Source: Raja brachyura (taxonomy: Eukaryota). From it: 64,000 bases of DNA. Location of the stretch: contig OY740802.1 of NCBI GenBank assembly GCA_963514005.1, forward strand, positions 15,128,001-15,192,000. The letters run 5' to 3'. Under the pieces are notes generated by a model that searched no databases, was not told where the DNA came from, and saw nothing but the letters and a program-made list of their open reading frames with translations. This document shows, one piece after another, positions 25,434 through 38,501 of this stretch. Each line of letters opens with the position of its first letter. The stretch's first letter is position 1. A program made the translations under genes and the position numbers.

Positions 25434-26126
25434 GCCCCTGTCCCACTTACGTGTCCTTGGCTCGCTAATTACGCAACCTCCTGGTCGCGTTGAGGCGCGA
25501 CGGTACCACGAAGGTCGCGCATGACTTCATACGTTTGCACAGCCGCCTGGAGCGCATGACGTCATTTGAAGTTAGACACAAAATGCTGGAGTAACTCATC
25601 AGGACTGGCAGCATCTCTGGAGAGAAGGAATGGGTGACGTTTCGTGTCGAGACTCTTCTTCAGTCTGAAAGAAGGGTCTTGACCCAAAACGTCACCCATT
25701 CCTTCTCTCCAGTGGCGCTGCCGGTCCCGCTGAGTTACTCCTGCATTTTGTGTCTATCTTCAATTTTCTTGGCCCCGCTCTGGGAGGAGAAGTGGGGGAG
25801 GACGAGATCCGCAACAGCCGTGAGTCCCAGGCCGAGTTCGGCGATCGTTTGCCTGCTTCTGCTGCTGTTCGAGATGAGACATTGCGTCGCACCAGGGTCT
25901 TGGGCCTGTCCCACTTTGGCCATCAATTACGCGACAGGCCGTTGGCGTGCGAAGATTTCGTTCGCTACAAAATTTCAGAGCGCGGCACGATACCGCGCAC
26001 AACTACATACCCCTCTGCGCTTCTCCGTGGAACCGGTCCCGCACGGCCACACGATGCCCGTGCGCCTCAACGCGATGACAAGGTTGCGTAATTTGCGTGC
26101 CAAGGACACGTAAGTGGGACAGGCCC
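25434..26126. mobile_element. Composite MITE with ~65-bp TIRs, flanked by TTAA
   Basis: TTAA|gcccctgtcccacttacgtgtccttggctcgctaattacgcaacc... and ...ggttgcgtaatttgcgtgccaaggacacgtaagtgggacaggccc|TTAA. An inverted hammerhead pair lies at 25572-25760 and an extra left-end copy at 25902. Confidence 0.9.
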
Positions 26127-26801
26127 TTAACTCTTCAAATGTCTCGCACAAAGTGCATTATCAAACATCTAATGGAACAGACTCTCAGTGTGAAGCTGAA
26201 TTGCACTTAGAATGCGTTTTTAAAAAAAAGTTGTTAGTTTATTTACAATATTTTACAAACAATTGAATTATGATTTAGACTTGTTTGTCGCAATCAAAGG
26301 TAAAATTCTCCCCTAGAAATTCAAATGCATAAAATGCATAAGCATTAAATTGAGCTACAAAATTAATCATGGTATACTATCATGGTAAAATTAATCATGG
26401 TATACTTACTGAACACATTGAAACTTGTGATCACAAGCTCTCGTGGACTTAAAATACACATGTGAAATGGCAATCGTCATGCATTGCTTCTGTGACAATA
26501 AACCATGGATATGCACTGAAAAAGTAACATGGGCTGCGAGAGGACACTAGCACAATACAGGGAACAAACCTGCTCATGTGTGAAGAGAAATACCTCATAT
26601 TCATCTTTGCTGGGGTGTCAAGAAGAAAATGATGTCGTCAGTGAAGACACAGCAATAAACCAGACTTCTGATCGTTATTTGAATATATTTTTATATGGGA
26701 GACCCAAAGCTCTCCAATCCATTCTAAGGTACCTCCAATGCAGCACGGAGCAACTGTAGTGCTTAGGCCCACAAACCATTTCAGTGTAAATAAACATAAT
26801 C

Positions 26802-26895
26802 GGCCTGAATAAGGGTCCTAATCCAAAACGTCACCTATCCATGTTCCCCAGAGATGCTGCCTGACCTGCTGAGTTACTCCAGCACTTTGTGTCCC
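26802..26895 (+). repeat. Penelope-derived hammerhead unit (decayed)
   Basis: ggcctgaataagggtcctaatccaaaacgtcacc...gagttactccagcactttgtgtc. Confidence 0.8.
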
Positions 26896-27229
26896 TCAGT
26901 GTAATTCTCAACAGTTCACTTAAACTGTACCATCAATTTTGCCAATGCTTGCAAATGAGAAACAAAAAGCTTTAAAAACTGTGGTTTCTCTTCACCCTCA
27001 CGTACGATTACCTCCAATAGTTATAAAAAAATATTCTTTGCCCCTTTCCTTTCACTACAACTATAACCCTAACCCCAATGCCCTCAGCAATATCCTAAGA
27101 AAACAAATTTGAACCAAATTGCACTGAGGTTTGGAGAAGCCTTTACTATGTCTAGACTTAACTTTTCCATATTGTTCAGTCTGTCTTCACTCTTCAAGTA
27201 TCGGTAAATGTTTACCAATGCAAGTTTCC

Positions 27230-27710
27230 CATGTTTTAACCAACTCTAATCCCATTTATCCGCAACTGACACGCCCACACCGATCCACAATGGATCCGGG
27301 TGATTGCTTGCTAATTTTAATTATTCACATTTGCTTTTAACTCTCGGCCTCATTCTACCTTAGTAAACTCTTCCAGCAATGTCACCTTCCTGGTATATGT
27401 ACTTGGGTAATCTGGTTTGTTAATCATCCCAGAATTCAACGTGCAATGGTTTCACTGATCAAGACCCTAAGCTTTGGCAATTCCTTCTGTAAACTTCACT
27501 GCTTTATTGAATTTCTATCCTGTCTACATCGCTCTTCTTTTATATAAATGTTCCTTAGAATATTTCTCTTTAACCAGGTTTTTAGTTATCTGCCTGAATA
27601 TCTCCCTATGTAACTTAGTGGCAAATCGTATTTAACAACACTCCTGTGAAGAACCTTGGGATGTTTTGCAATGTTACAAAAAGGTCTTAACATGCCCAGG
27701 TTTTATTATT
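27230..27710 (+). mobile_element. Ancient L2-clade LINE 3' end
   Basis: Tail ctcctgtgaagaaccttgggatgttttgcaatgttac resembles the elasmobranch L2/SINE tail TGTGAAGCGCCTTGGGACGTTT. Upstream sequence has an LWNSLP-like remnant. Confidence 0.55.
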
Positions 27711-29121
27711 GTTCTGAAGATCCTGCCAGATCCACTCGCACTTTGCACTTTTATTCCTACCAAAGTTTTGTTTTCTTTGTAAAACCCTCCCACCAGCGTT
27801 ACAATTCAGGAATCATCTTCTCCAGTAGCTCAAATGCCGGATTGCTTCGCTGAAACAGTTAAACACACAACACAATGGCGATAATAAGCTTTCCTGCAGT
27901 TGAATGAAAAAGTTTGATGACATTGTTGCAGCCATTTGCAGCTTGACTGTCCACTTCCATCTGCATTCACTCTGCTGATTTAGGTGCTCAGTGTAGTTTG
28001 AAAGCAAACATGATGAGGCCGCCGTGTACAGCAGCCACTCTAATGGGCAACTGGCAGTCTGATTTCTTTCATATATTTGGTCTGTCACTGAATCTCCATT
28101 CCCTGTCACTCAGCTTTTATAACTTTGGACAGGCCTGGTGAAGAGGTCATGTGACCCAGACAATGAAGCTGAAACTTGGTAAAATCGAAGAAAGGGACTC
28201 CAGGGCTTTAAACAAATGCACCTCATTTTAACACAATATCATGTACAGAAGTCAATTATGATAATACACAGGGGTGTCAAAAAATACAAAAATCCTGATA
28301 CAGCAGCCAATCTGCATTTAGAACGTCTTGTACACCACTGGTGCTCCGTTCCGGCTATAAATAAATTGTGCACACTTCTGAGATTGCAGGACGTTCTGAG
28401 AAAGGGAAACCACAGCATAAGCCATCAATGCCAATATTTCCTTTGTTATTGGTAACTGTTACGGTCACTAATCACTTTAGTGCCACTAACCAGCCACCAA
28501 CTGCCATAGGTTGCAATTCTCCAGTTCCTTCCAAGGAACAAATTTAGCCAATTTGTGCTCCCTTTCCCCATACACACGCAAAGTATTTAGGAAATTTACA
28601 ACAAAAATGAAGAACAGAAAGTGAAATAATAGCATTAATGGTCATGCTTCCAGCTGCATTTGTGTCAAATGATCACGCATTGCAATGTAAGCATAATAGG
28701 CCAAGTCTGGTTATATTGTGCATTTACTGCACCATTCTGTACTGCACCGTCTGTACTTGATGCCAACTGATCCTGCACTTTATTCAAGAGATTAAGCCAT
28801 GCATTCATTTTATGCAGGGATATGGTAATCCAATCTATATGTGCACAATTTAAAGAGGACGCAGATAATTTGTTTGTATTAATCAAGTGGATTAGAGGCT
28901 AATCATTATGTAACAATCTTCTCAATGACACAGAAAACCTGACAAACCTTACTTATGGGACAGGGCCAAAATTGCATCTTACCCAACAATATGTGTACCT
29001 CTGTGGCAGGGTGTTAAAGAGCTCCAGAAAACCTTGACTTACTTGTTTGCTTTCCCAGCTGGAGGAACTTAAGTGATGTAAAGACTCCTTTAACAGAAAG
29101 CAAACAAAAGAACACAATTTT

Positions 29122-29250
29122 GTCTGAAGAAGGGTCTCGACCCGAAACGTCACCTATTCCTTCGCTCCATAGATGCTGCCTCACCCGCTGAGTTTCTCTG
29201 GCATTTTTGTCTACCTTCGATTTTTCCAGCATCTGCAGTTCTTTCTTAAA
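29122..29250 (+). repeat. Penelope-derived hammerhead unit, intact core
   Basis: gtCTGAAGAaGGGTctcgACCCGAAACGTCacc...cagcatctgcagttctttcttaaac. Confidence 0.9.
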
Positions 29251-30111
29251 CAAAACGATTGTAGTAGTATTTTGTTGATTGTATAGGCTGCAAAGTTCCA
29301 GACGATACTTGAGTGATTGTCCCTTTTATCGTTATTATGTCCCTGCGTAAAGTTCAACCACCCCAGTATACAGTAGTACCTGCATGTGTATACTTACATG
29401 TATATCTTAGACCAATATGGTCAATATATAAATAACAGTGTTCAATTGATCAAACTCCAAAATAATGCATCCCAGCTAAGTCCCAATTACTCTGGTGGAA
29501 AATTCTTTAAAAAAGCAAAGAAGTTCAAATATGGGTCGGAAAAAATACCAATCAACATCAACTAGGTCACTATAAAAAGAATGAACCAAATTAATTGTAT
29601 CTGTAATCTGCCGACATGTTAAACAGACAGAAAATATGTCCCTGCATACCTATCCTACATCACCATTTATGAGTAAGATAATGCTGAGAACATTTTGCAA
29701 GCATCATGAGACTCCCATCCTGACCCAAAACGTCATCTAACTTTCTCCAGAGATGCTGCTTGACCTGCTGAGATACTCCAGCAGTTTTTGTTTTTCAGGA
29801 TATTCCTAATTAGACTTGAAGAAGGGTGTTATGTGGACTCCTGAGAAATGTTGATTGATGTCATGATTTCTTCTGATAAACCTGAAGATGCCAACATCTA
29901 ACAAGAAATGTAATACTTGGAGATGGATTGTTTGAATTGAAACATAATGGAATATTACAGACTGGAATATGACACATGTCTTAAATGTGCATTTAACCAC
30001 ATTTCTCTTGATTATTACTGTTAGTTTCTTCTTTAAAGAGTCACACTGGGTTGAGCAAAATGATATCTAACATGCATAACCTTCCTTTGGCATCTGATAA
30101 TAATTCATTTA

Positions 30112-30390
30112 GACAAAAGACAACAGACAATAGGTGCAGGAGGAGGCCATTCGGCCCTCCAAGCCAGCACCGCCATTCAATGTGATCATGGCTGATCATC
30201 CACAATCAGTACCTTGTTCCTGCCTTCTCCTCATATCCCCTGACTTCAAGGGCCCTATCAAGCTCTCTCTTGAAAGTATCCAGGCCTCCACCGCCCTCTG
30301 AGGCAGAGAATTCCACACTCACAACTCTCTGTGTGAAAAAATGTTTCCTCATCTCCGTTCTAAATGCCTTACCCCCTATTCTTAAAAGAT
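30112..30390 (-). mobile_element. CR1 LINE 3' end
   Basis: Reverse complement of the CR1 3' UTR (caataggtgcaggaggaggccattcggccc...ccgccattcaatgtgatcatggctgatc). Confidence 0.88.
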
Positions 30391-30817
30391 GGCTTACCCC
30401 TTAAATGACTTAACCCTTATTTCTAACCTTATTATCTGCCGAGTAAAATCAGGTCTCTAAGTAGGTGTTATCTAGCTATTGATTGGAAGTCATTTGTCAG
30501 CAGACCATGATGTCACATTGTTGCTGCCCCTGACTAACACAAATCCAGAAGCTGTAAATTATTCTTAAAGACTTCTTCCCAGAGATTAAGACGTCGAAAA
30601 ATGGGTGACATGCAGGATTATTGGAAAAACAAATGAGCAGATCACTTTGCATTGAACTTTCAAGATGTGGAGAGACTATTTCATCCAAGATATATGCATC
30701 AGTGCTTGCTTTAGATTGGAGCAATCTAATTTCCCTATGCCGATGGACATCTTTAACATTGAGATGTACCTGAATACAGATAGAAAAACAGTTGACTGAG
30801 ACCGTCCACGATAATTG

Positions 30818-31050
30818 TACAGGAAGGAACTGCAGAAGCTGGTTTAAACCGAAGATAGACACAAAATGCTGGAATAACTCAGCGTGACAGGCAGCATCTC
30901 TGGAGAGAAAGAATGGGTGACGTTTCGGGTCAAGACCCTCCTTTAGACTTCATCAGTCTGAAGAAGGGTCTCAATCCGAAACGTCACCCATTCCTTCTCT
31001 CCAGAAATGCTGCCCGTCCTGCTGAGTTATTCCAGCATTTTGTGTCCATC
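30818..31050. repeat. Head-to-head inverted pair of Penelope hammerhead units (~95-bp arms)
   Basis: 30856-30948 is the reverse complement of 30955-31050. Confidence 0.9.
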
Positions 31051-32714
31051 TACAGTAATATTCGTTTTGGTCAAGTGTGATTGAATTCTCATGTAAACAG
31101 ATCCCTACTGACCAAGGGTTTAATTATACTGCGATGGTAAATCGTAAAATTTTGTTAATTAGATGACTTGAAGCATAGATTTTAAATAATTAGTCATAAA
31201 ATTAGAGGAGCATTCTTTTCATTTAGAGTATAATAGGCATATGGTTCTCATGGCCTCTAGGGGGTGAGAGAGGCAGACAACCTCAATCACATTCAAAACA
31301 TCTTCTGCTGTGCCTCTGAACAGCTGCAACCTGCAGAGTCAATGACATATAGTGAGATGTTATGACCAGGATATGTAGCTCTCCACGAGAATAGGTTCAG
31401 TCGGCCAAATGGCCAACATCTATATTCTACGTTTCCTATGATTCTATAACAGGGCCAGACCTTTAAGTGACCAGGACATGAGAATCTCAGGATTTTCCAT
31501 GTGCTCTCCTCCAGGTTTCCGAAACATTACAGGAGGCAAGACCAAAAATACATCATCAAACATGATTTTTTTAATCATTCCCAAATGTATGAGCTGAATA
31601 ATATTAGTAAATCCCACCAATTGTCAACTTAATTCAATAAGAGGACAAAGACTAAGTTTTTCTGTCTGTATTAAGGTTCATCTAAATTTAAAAAATTGTC
31701 AAAGGGCATAGGAAAATGAGATTATTCCAATCTAAAGCAAGCACTGAGAAGATACCTTGGATCCCTGTTTGGGGATGTCAGGCTGGGCTGCTACATGGCA
31801 TGATCTGAACACCATCTCCTTCTCCAACAGAAGTCCCAGACTCTCAAGTTACTCCACGGTGAGTAGACCTGGACCCAGTTATGGGTAGATTTCTATTAGG
31901 AGTGCACCTTTGCTCATCCATGTTAACTGATCCCAGTAAACATATTAGAGTCAGTAATACACACACATAAAAACTGGAACTTCCCGCTGCCTTAACGTTT
32001 GCTGGTGCATTGAACAAGTTATCTTTGCATTCACACTTTAACATAAATCACACCAATCTCCCGAAGTAAAAGAGTAAAAAGTGCTAAGACTTCCCACCAC
32101 AGTTAAAAAGCCCCTCAAATGGTGAAATTTTTTGCAGCAATTATCTTAATCAAATGAATTTATTTTGGCTTTAGAGGGACAGAGATCTCGTTTGGGGTTA
32201 ACCCTTGCCATGATGTTACTTTGAAACAAATTGCATGCCACAGGTACGCCTTTATTCATTATTGCTGAGATAACCTGGTATTATTAACAAAACACTGGAG
32301 GGAATGGGTGGTCCATATAGTTTGACAAATGCCAGCTCAATCTAGACAACTGATGCCAACCAAATGTTCTAGTAAATAAGATAATGCCTCTCAATTCGCA
32401 CAGTCCACCATCCAAAGAAACAATTATGTTCAACTTCTGCACAATTCCCATCCTTAAAATATTCAGTACTTTTCCAGTCGAGTGGGTTGACAGCCATGAT
32501 ATTGAGGATTTCATAAAAATTAATTCAAACAATATATGCTAGGAGTTAGCACTCTGGATTTCCAGAAAAATGGATGCTGGATCCCAAAGGATCAGTTAAG
32601 CAGCATTAAAAATAAATATCCATAAATCCAGCATTGCTCATCTAACTATCAAAAACATATATTCAGTCAGCCAGTACACATGATATGTTGGAAAACCTAC
32701 ACTACAGCCAATGG

Positions 32715-32870
32715 CCAAGCCAATGGATATTTTTAAGGCAGAGATAGATAGATTCTTGATTAGTACAGGTGTCAGGGGTTATGGGGAGAAGGCAGGAAAA
32801 TGGGATTAGGAGGGAAATATAGATCAGCCATGACTGAATGGAGGAGTAGACTTGATTGGCTGAATGCTCA
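32715..32870 (+). mobile_element. CR1 LINE 3' end
   Basis: gatatttttaaggcagagatagatagattcttg...ggttatggggagaaggcagg...gatcagccatga. Confidence 0.85.
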
Positions 32871-34719
32871 TATCACATGAATCTATAAACTGTAATTTAT
32901 TTACACAAAAAAATCCAAGTATTTTGGAACTACAATACAAATCTCTAATACAATAGACAGTAACCAATAATTTTTCGTTAATCATCTCATTTTGATGCAC
33001 ACATATCGATCTCTTTATAACTCTCAAAAAGGAAATTGTACATGTGCATACGTCACCTTGCTTACATATATCAAAAGTGCAAAAATGGAGAGGCACAAAA
33101 TCAAAAAATAAATGGTAGTTCAAGTATTTATTTAAAAGTTCTAGATTTAGCTCAGTACAATAATGATTCAAATTGAGGGAATTTGCAAATATGAGTTAGT
33201 GATCTTGAAATGTGATTATGCAGCACCATGTTAATGTGTTCTATGTGAGAACATTTCTTCAGCAAATTGATCTTTCAATGGGATCTAAGACTTCAATGAT
33301 TCAATGATTCTTTACTGCAACATGTACCTAGGTGCAGTGAAATGCTTTGTTTTGTGTACAACCCGGTAAAATCATACAGCAGACCTCACCTGGGCAGTAC
33401 ACAACATTCACCAGGTTACGAAAAGTTAATCGAACTTATTGCGTCTTTCAGAAAATCCACAATTTTCCTCTACACATGATGGTGTCTTATCTCACATATG
33501 TCCCCAGCCAAACAAACCCCATCCAACAGAAGCGACAGGCACGCTGATGCCACATCTGCTAAATATTATTGGGATACATGTATATGGGCCGCAAATGCAG
33601 AACCAGGACTTCAGTAATCATGCAAGGCCTGCTCCAGTGTGACAGACATGGGGCACCTTAAGGGCAAGTAGGGATCCTTTATGTAAAAAAAAACCTTGAA
33701 GTAAATCTTCCTTGAACTCCAACCAACTTCTTCTGATCTTCACCCCAATGCAATCAACTACTATCCTGATCCACCTCGCAGCTAAACGAGAAGCTAGTCC
33801 TACACCCAATTCACTGATTGTCACTCTGTGCACTGATCTGATCCACAAGCTTCCAATTCCATCAGCACCATCCTCCCCATCTCGATTGCTACCTTACTTA
33901 ACACCATTATCCCTATGCCTATCCTATTCCATCCTCCCCATCTCTGCCCCCTTCCCTGTACCAATCACCTAAGAACTGAGTACTACTTTCATTCCTCTGC
34001 CTTTGTGTATGGTAAAAGTGCTTTGGAATTCTGCTGTAGACATTTGTTGCAATGCATTTGTTTGTTGGCCCGATGCACAGCACATGTCCAATCTTTGGCT
34101 GGTCTGGTGTGAAACTCATGGAAGTTCAACTCTAATTGCAAGATGCAAACCTAAACAAGGTTCTGATAAGCACAAAGAACAAGTTAGAACAGAAAGTCAT
34201 GTACTATAATGTATAGAGCACAATTACTTATGAGATCATTATCCCAGTGTTTACGGTTGCATTAGCCAAATAGCCAGCTGCACTTCTAACCTTTGGCTGG
34301 TAACAATTTTTCTTTCCATGTTAATTGAAGTACTTACTCAATTGACAAATCACAGGAGATGTCACTGTGGGTGATATACGATAGCAAAATGTGAGTTAAA
34401 TAAATCCTTTCCTATATAAAGCAGCTAAACAGTAAAGGTCATTAATCCAATTTAAGTCGATGTCAGAGTTGGTCTGGAAACTGTAAGTGCCCAGTTATTG
34501 TCAAGCTTTGGGGCTGCAGGTGAATCTCTTCCTGCAGCGAATGAAAGATTGAAGTGATTTGCTCAAAGAGGTCCCAGCAAGAACAAATGGGAATGTCCAC
34601 ATTGTTTTTATTTGTAGTGTTGATGATTTGTCAAACATTTACAATCGGAAGACAAAACCTGTCCATTTATAAACATTACCTCGTCCCAAAACATTATGTA
34701 TGTTCTCTCCCTCTTACCA

Positions 34720-35170
34720 AGGATTCAACTGCTGCTTCCATAGCATCTAGATCATCAACCCAAGCACAGATTCTCAATTTCCAGAGACTTGCTCAGTCGC
34801 TATTGTGCAATGGGGCAGTTTGTAATAAGTATATGTTGCAGATGTTTAGTTTAATGCCCACTCCGTTGTGCATTTTGGTGATCTATGTACGAATGACCCG
34901 TGGCCATGGACCAAAGCACCATCTATGCAGTGCAGCTCAACTAATGAGGATGGAGTAATCATGATGTAGGCTCAACAGTTTCCTAATTTTCCTGCAGATT
35001 AGTTTGACTCCAGTGGAAAGCTGATTGGAGATAAATCACAGTACTAAGGTACCGAGGAAAGTGTTAAGAGTGACGACACAGCCTTGCTTGATGCTCGCCT
35101 TTGCTGCAAATTGGGTCTGTTGTAGCCCCTTGGTTAAAATCATAACCTGCATGATATCAGGTCGAATGGT
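34720..35170 (-). mobile_element. Old RTE LINE RT fragment
   Basis: Minus strand gives a SIKQGCVV (GVKQGCVL-like) motif near 35070-35100 and a GVKLI motif. Confidence 0.5.
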
Positions 35171-37602
35171 TTAATTCTACACCTATCTCTTATGATCTTG
35201 TGATTGTGTAGAACATGATGGATAAAGATGAATTTCTGAGGGTAGCCAAATTTGAGAAGAATTCATCACAGATCCTCTCAAAGTCAGAAGCTCCATAACA
35301 TTCCAGAGATCTTTTAGATATCTATATCTGTGTGTGGTGAGGCTCCATAAAGAGGCAATATTACAGTATATTTCAGGACAGACACACATCCATTAAGATA
35401 TGCACTTGTAATTGGACTGCCAGTGTGAATCTTTCACACCCACTGAGAAATCCACACATACTAATCATGATACTAGCAGGGAATACAAATTTCAACATGA
35501 GCTTGGCAGGAAATAAAAGCCAACAACCAACATTGTTCCCTATCAGTATATTTTTCAGGAACATATAGGGCAACCACTGCTTTTTTTTAATTGAGCATTT
35601 TAAATTCCTGGCCCCGTGTTAAAATTGCATATCAGCTTCTAATGTGACAGCCAATCTATGCTGCGACATAAAAGAGGTATTGTGTGTGTGCAGTGGAATA
35701 TTTTGTTCCTTTAGTTAAGTTAACTATCACTTTTGAAGGCAACAGGCACCTCCAAATCCACAAGATAGCAGGAACTGTTCAGATTTCTATTCATTATGAA
35801 CCAACTCAAAAACAGCGAAATCCAGATCACAAGAGGTTGATAGTTGTTGCTACCCTACGGCATGCGTGGACATACACTGAAGAGAGGAAGGCAGAAGATT
35901 ACATTTGGGGCATACCCCGCCTTAGAGATCCCAAGGATTGATTTCTATGTATTTTTCTCTAATCATTTTTCCTCTACTGCACTATATCCTTTCTTCTATG
36001 GAGGATATAGTGCGTTAAATACATTGAAAATCCAGGGTCAGAAAATGTAGTTCTGCAAATATGCAAAATCAGCAAACAACATAGCCAGAAAATGTAGGAA
36101 ATAGCACATTCCTACACGCAGAGCTGTTAGAAGGCTCTTGTTTCAGTTCTGACCCTTCATTGGAAATGAAAATGCCGATGTAATGGGACCATCAGAGGCA
36201 AACATGTATTTCCATTGTGAATACAGAATACAAACCCGATATCGCACTCCTTATAGTCACTCACCGATTTACTGCGTTTGGTTCAGCTTTTTTAAAAAAA
36301 CTGCTATGATTGACATTTGCATTTTTGTCTTTTAACTCATATTTGCAGATTAATATAACAGAAAGGTGTACGTAAATTCCTAACTAGAAATGGTGTACAA
36401 TGTGGAAAAACTTGTTACCTCGGTAGCAGCCAGTGGGGAAAAAAAAATAAAGCACAGCAGATTTCATGGACATTTGTGCCAGCTGTGGTTCTCTAGTGTA
36501 ATCATTTTCAGAACATTTCCAGCAATTGTAACAATATGCTGTTGGTTCGTGTCGAAAGCTAGCATGGTACTGTACTGGCATTTATGCTAAATGTTCCTAA
36601 AATTATTATTAATAATGCATGACCCAACAGTGACAACCATGAATAAAACGAAGGTGACAGTAAAAACAGAAGCTTAAGCTGCCAAACAGAAGCCATTAGG
36701 CTTCCTCATTTTCTTTTAATTTAGTCTGGAAAGATTTAGCTTTTTTGACAGAAGTCTGCACTGCCATTCTTTTCGGATGCTTCATTAAAAGAAAGGTGAT
36801 TTAATGAGCTTATAAACCCATATTAAACAATAATCTTAAATTATTTAAACTTCAAAATGGCACTCTGAGTCACACGTAACATTTTAATTACTACTTAATT
36901 ACAAATGAGTATTTTAATTACTTTTGTTCTTTAGTTTTGTCACACAACAGTTTCCTAACCCCTACTTTTTCACCTTTGGTAATTACTATAGTTTTTTTTT
37001 TTCTGTTGCAAAGTTCCCTCCAAAGTTGGCAGCTTGATTGACTCAAATATTTACTGATCTGTACTTGTGCAATTAGTTTTAAATAGCAGCCCCTGGTACT
37101 AACATGTGCTATTGCCAAAAGAGTTAAGGGGGGAGATTTGATAAACTCGAATCAACCAGAATATTTGAAGCAGGCACCTTCTGGGGTGGAGAAACAAACA
37201 AAAACAATTAGTTTCTTCTGACTACTGAATATTTTATACTGCAGGCTACCTATTCTTCAAAATTAAAATGCACACATTTTTTTTTTTCATAATAGAAAAA
37301 TTATCCCATCATCTATTTTATCCCTTCACTTCACCCAGGGGCACAGACATATTTTTTCCATACAGCTGGGAGTGGTGAATGGCCAAGTCTACAATCTCCA
37401 TGGCTACAATTAATGATGCACACTGCATGACAACCAGGAGAGTGTGGTCAAGACATTCAAGCAAGCCCTGCACCCTGCCATCGTCTATTGGCATTTTGAC
37501 CAACAAAATAAGCTTTCCGAGTGATCCCACGTAATAATCCTGAAAAGTCGTAGCTTTCACATTCAGGCCTCCAAGTTAGGCAACCAAAATCCAATGAACC
37601 CG

Positions 37603-37700
37603 AAGGTAGACACAAAATGCTGGAGTAACTGAGCGGGTGAGGCAGCATCTCTGGAGAGAAGGAATGGGCGACGTTTCGGGTCGAGACCCTTCTTCAGCCT
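37603..37700 (-). repeat. Penelope-derived hammerhead unit, intact core
   Basis: Reverse complement reads ggCTGAAGAaGGGTctcgACCCGAAACGTCgcc. Confidence 0.9.
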
Positions 37701-38501
37701 GAAGCTGCTCTGGTGTATTTCTCTACTTACAGAGTCTCTGCTTAAAAATCGACTAAACCTACATCAGTTCAATATCTGTTGAAAAGCGGAACTGCCTAGT
37801 GTGTTAGCTTGGTTTCGACAAAATCTGATTATTTCTGTCATTTAACACATTAAACTTCAGCAACATCTGTTAAATCAACTGGGCTCAAGTCAATTAGCAA
37901 GTCAGGAGAGATCTTTCACCTGGGTTACTGCATATATTCAGTCGTCAATGGCTGAGAACATCCTGGAAATATTGTTAAATCTTTGATGGTTTCAGCAGCA
38001 ACTGCAGAAATTTTAATTTTACTTAATAGCTTAGAAATCCTACTAGATAGTGCATACATTGTTATATTCATCCTCATTGATCTGAAGCTGAAAATCAATG
38101 AAATGCTTCAATGTTTAAGATGGAAATATATCACTCTCCTCCATGTATGTGGTGTACACTGGTACTGAGGCTGGTAAATGGGCTCATACCAGTGATGATG
38201 ATAGCTGCACAAAACATATCTGATTGAAGTGTACAAAAGTGATTAAGAAACTGCATAAAACACCAATGCAAAAATGGAAGAATGGAAGCTTGCTCCACAT
38301 TACATTGTAGGGATAGTCCATACCTAAGCTGCAATCTTAACTTTTGGACCAGAGAGGTAAGCTTCATTTATTTTTCTTGGAGGGCAGGGTAGATTTGGCC
38401 TGACTATTCTTATGCTTACTCTAGGTGTCACTAGAGAAGTGTCTTTGAGATGTCCAATTGTCCAGAGACCTGGAATGCTCAAACCTGCTTATAATCCATT
38501 A

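Noticed and set aside
25634-26113. 159-aa and overlapping ORFs in the GC-rich MITE
   Set aside because: They span unrelated repeat modules, are open because of high GC, and contain no domain.
26360-26408. Small tandem duplications (also 20080-20125, 50738-50780, 58031-58067)
   Set aside because: Ordinary slippage duplications of two or three units without spacers. Not CRISPR-like and no sign of function.
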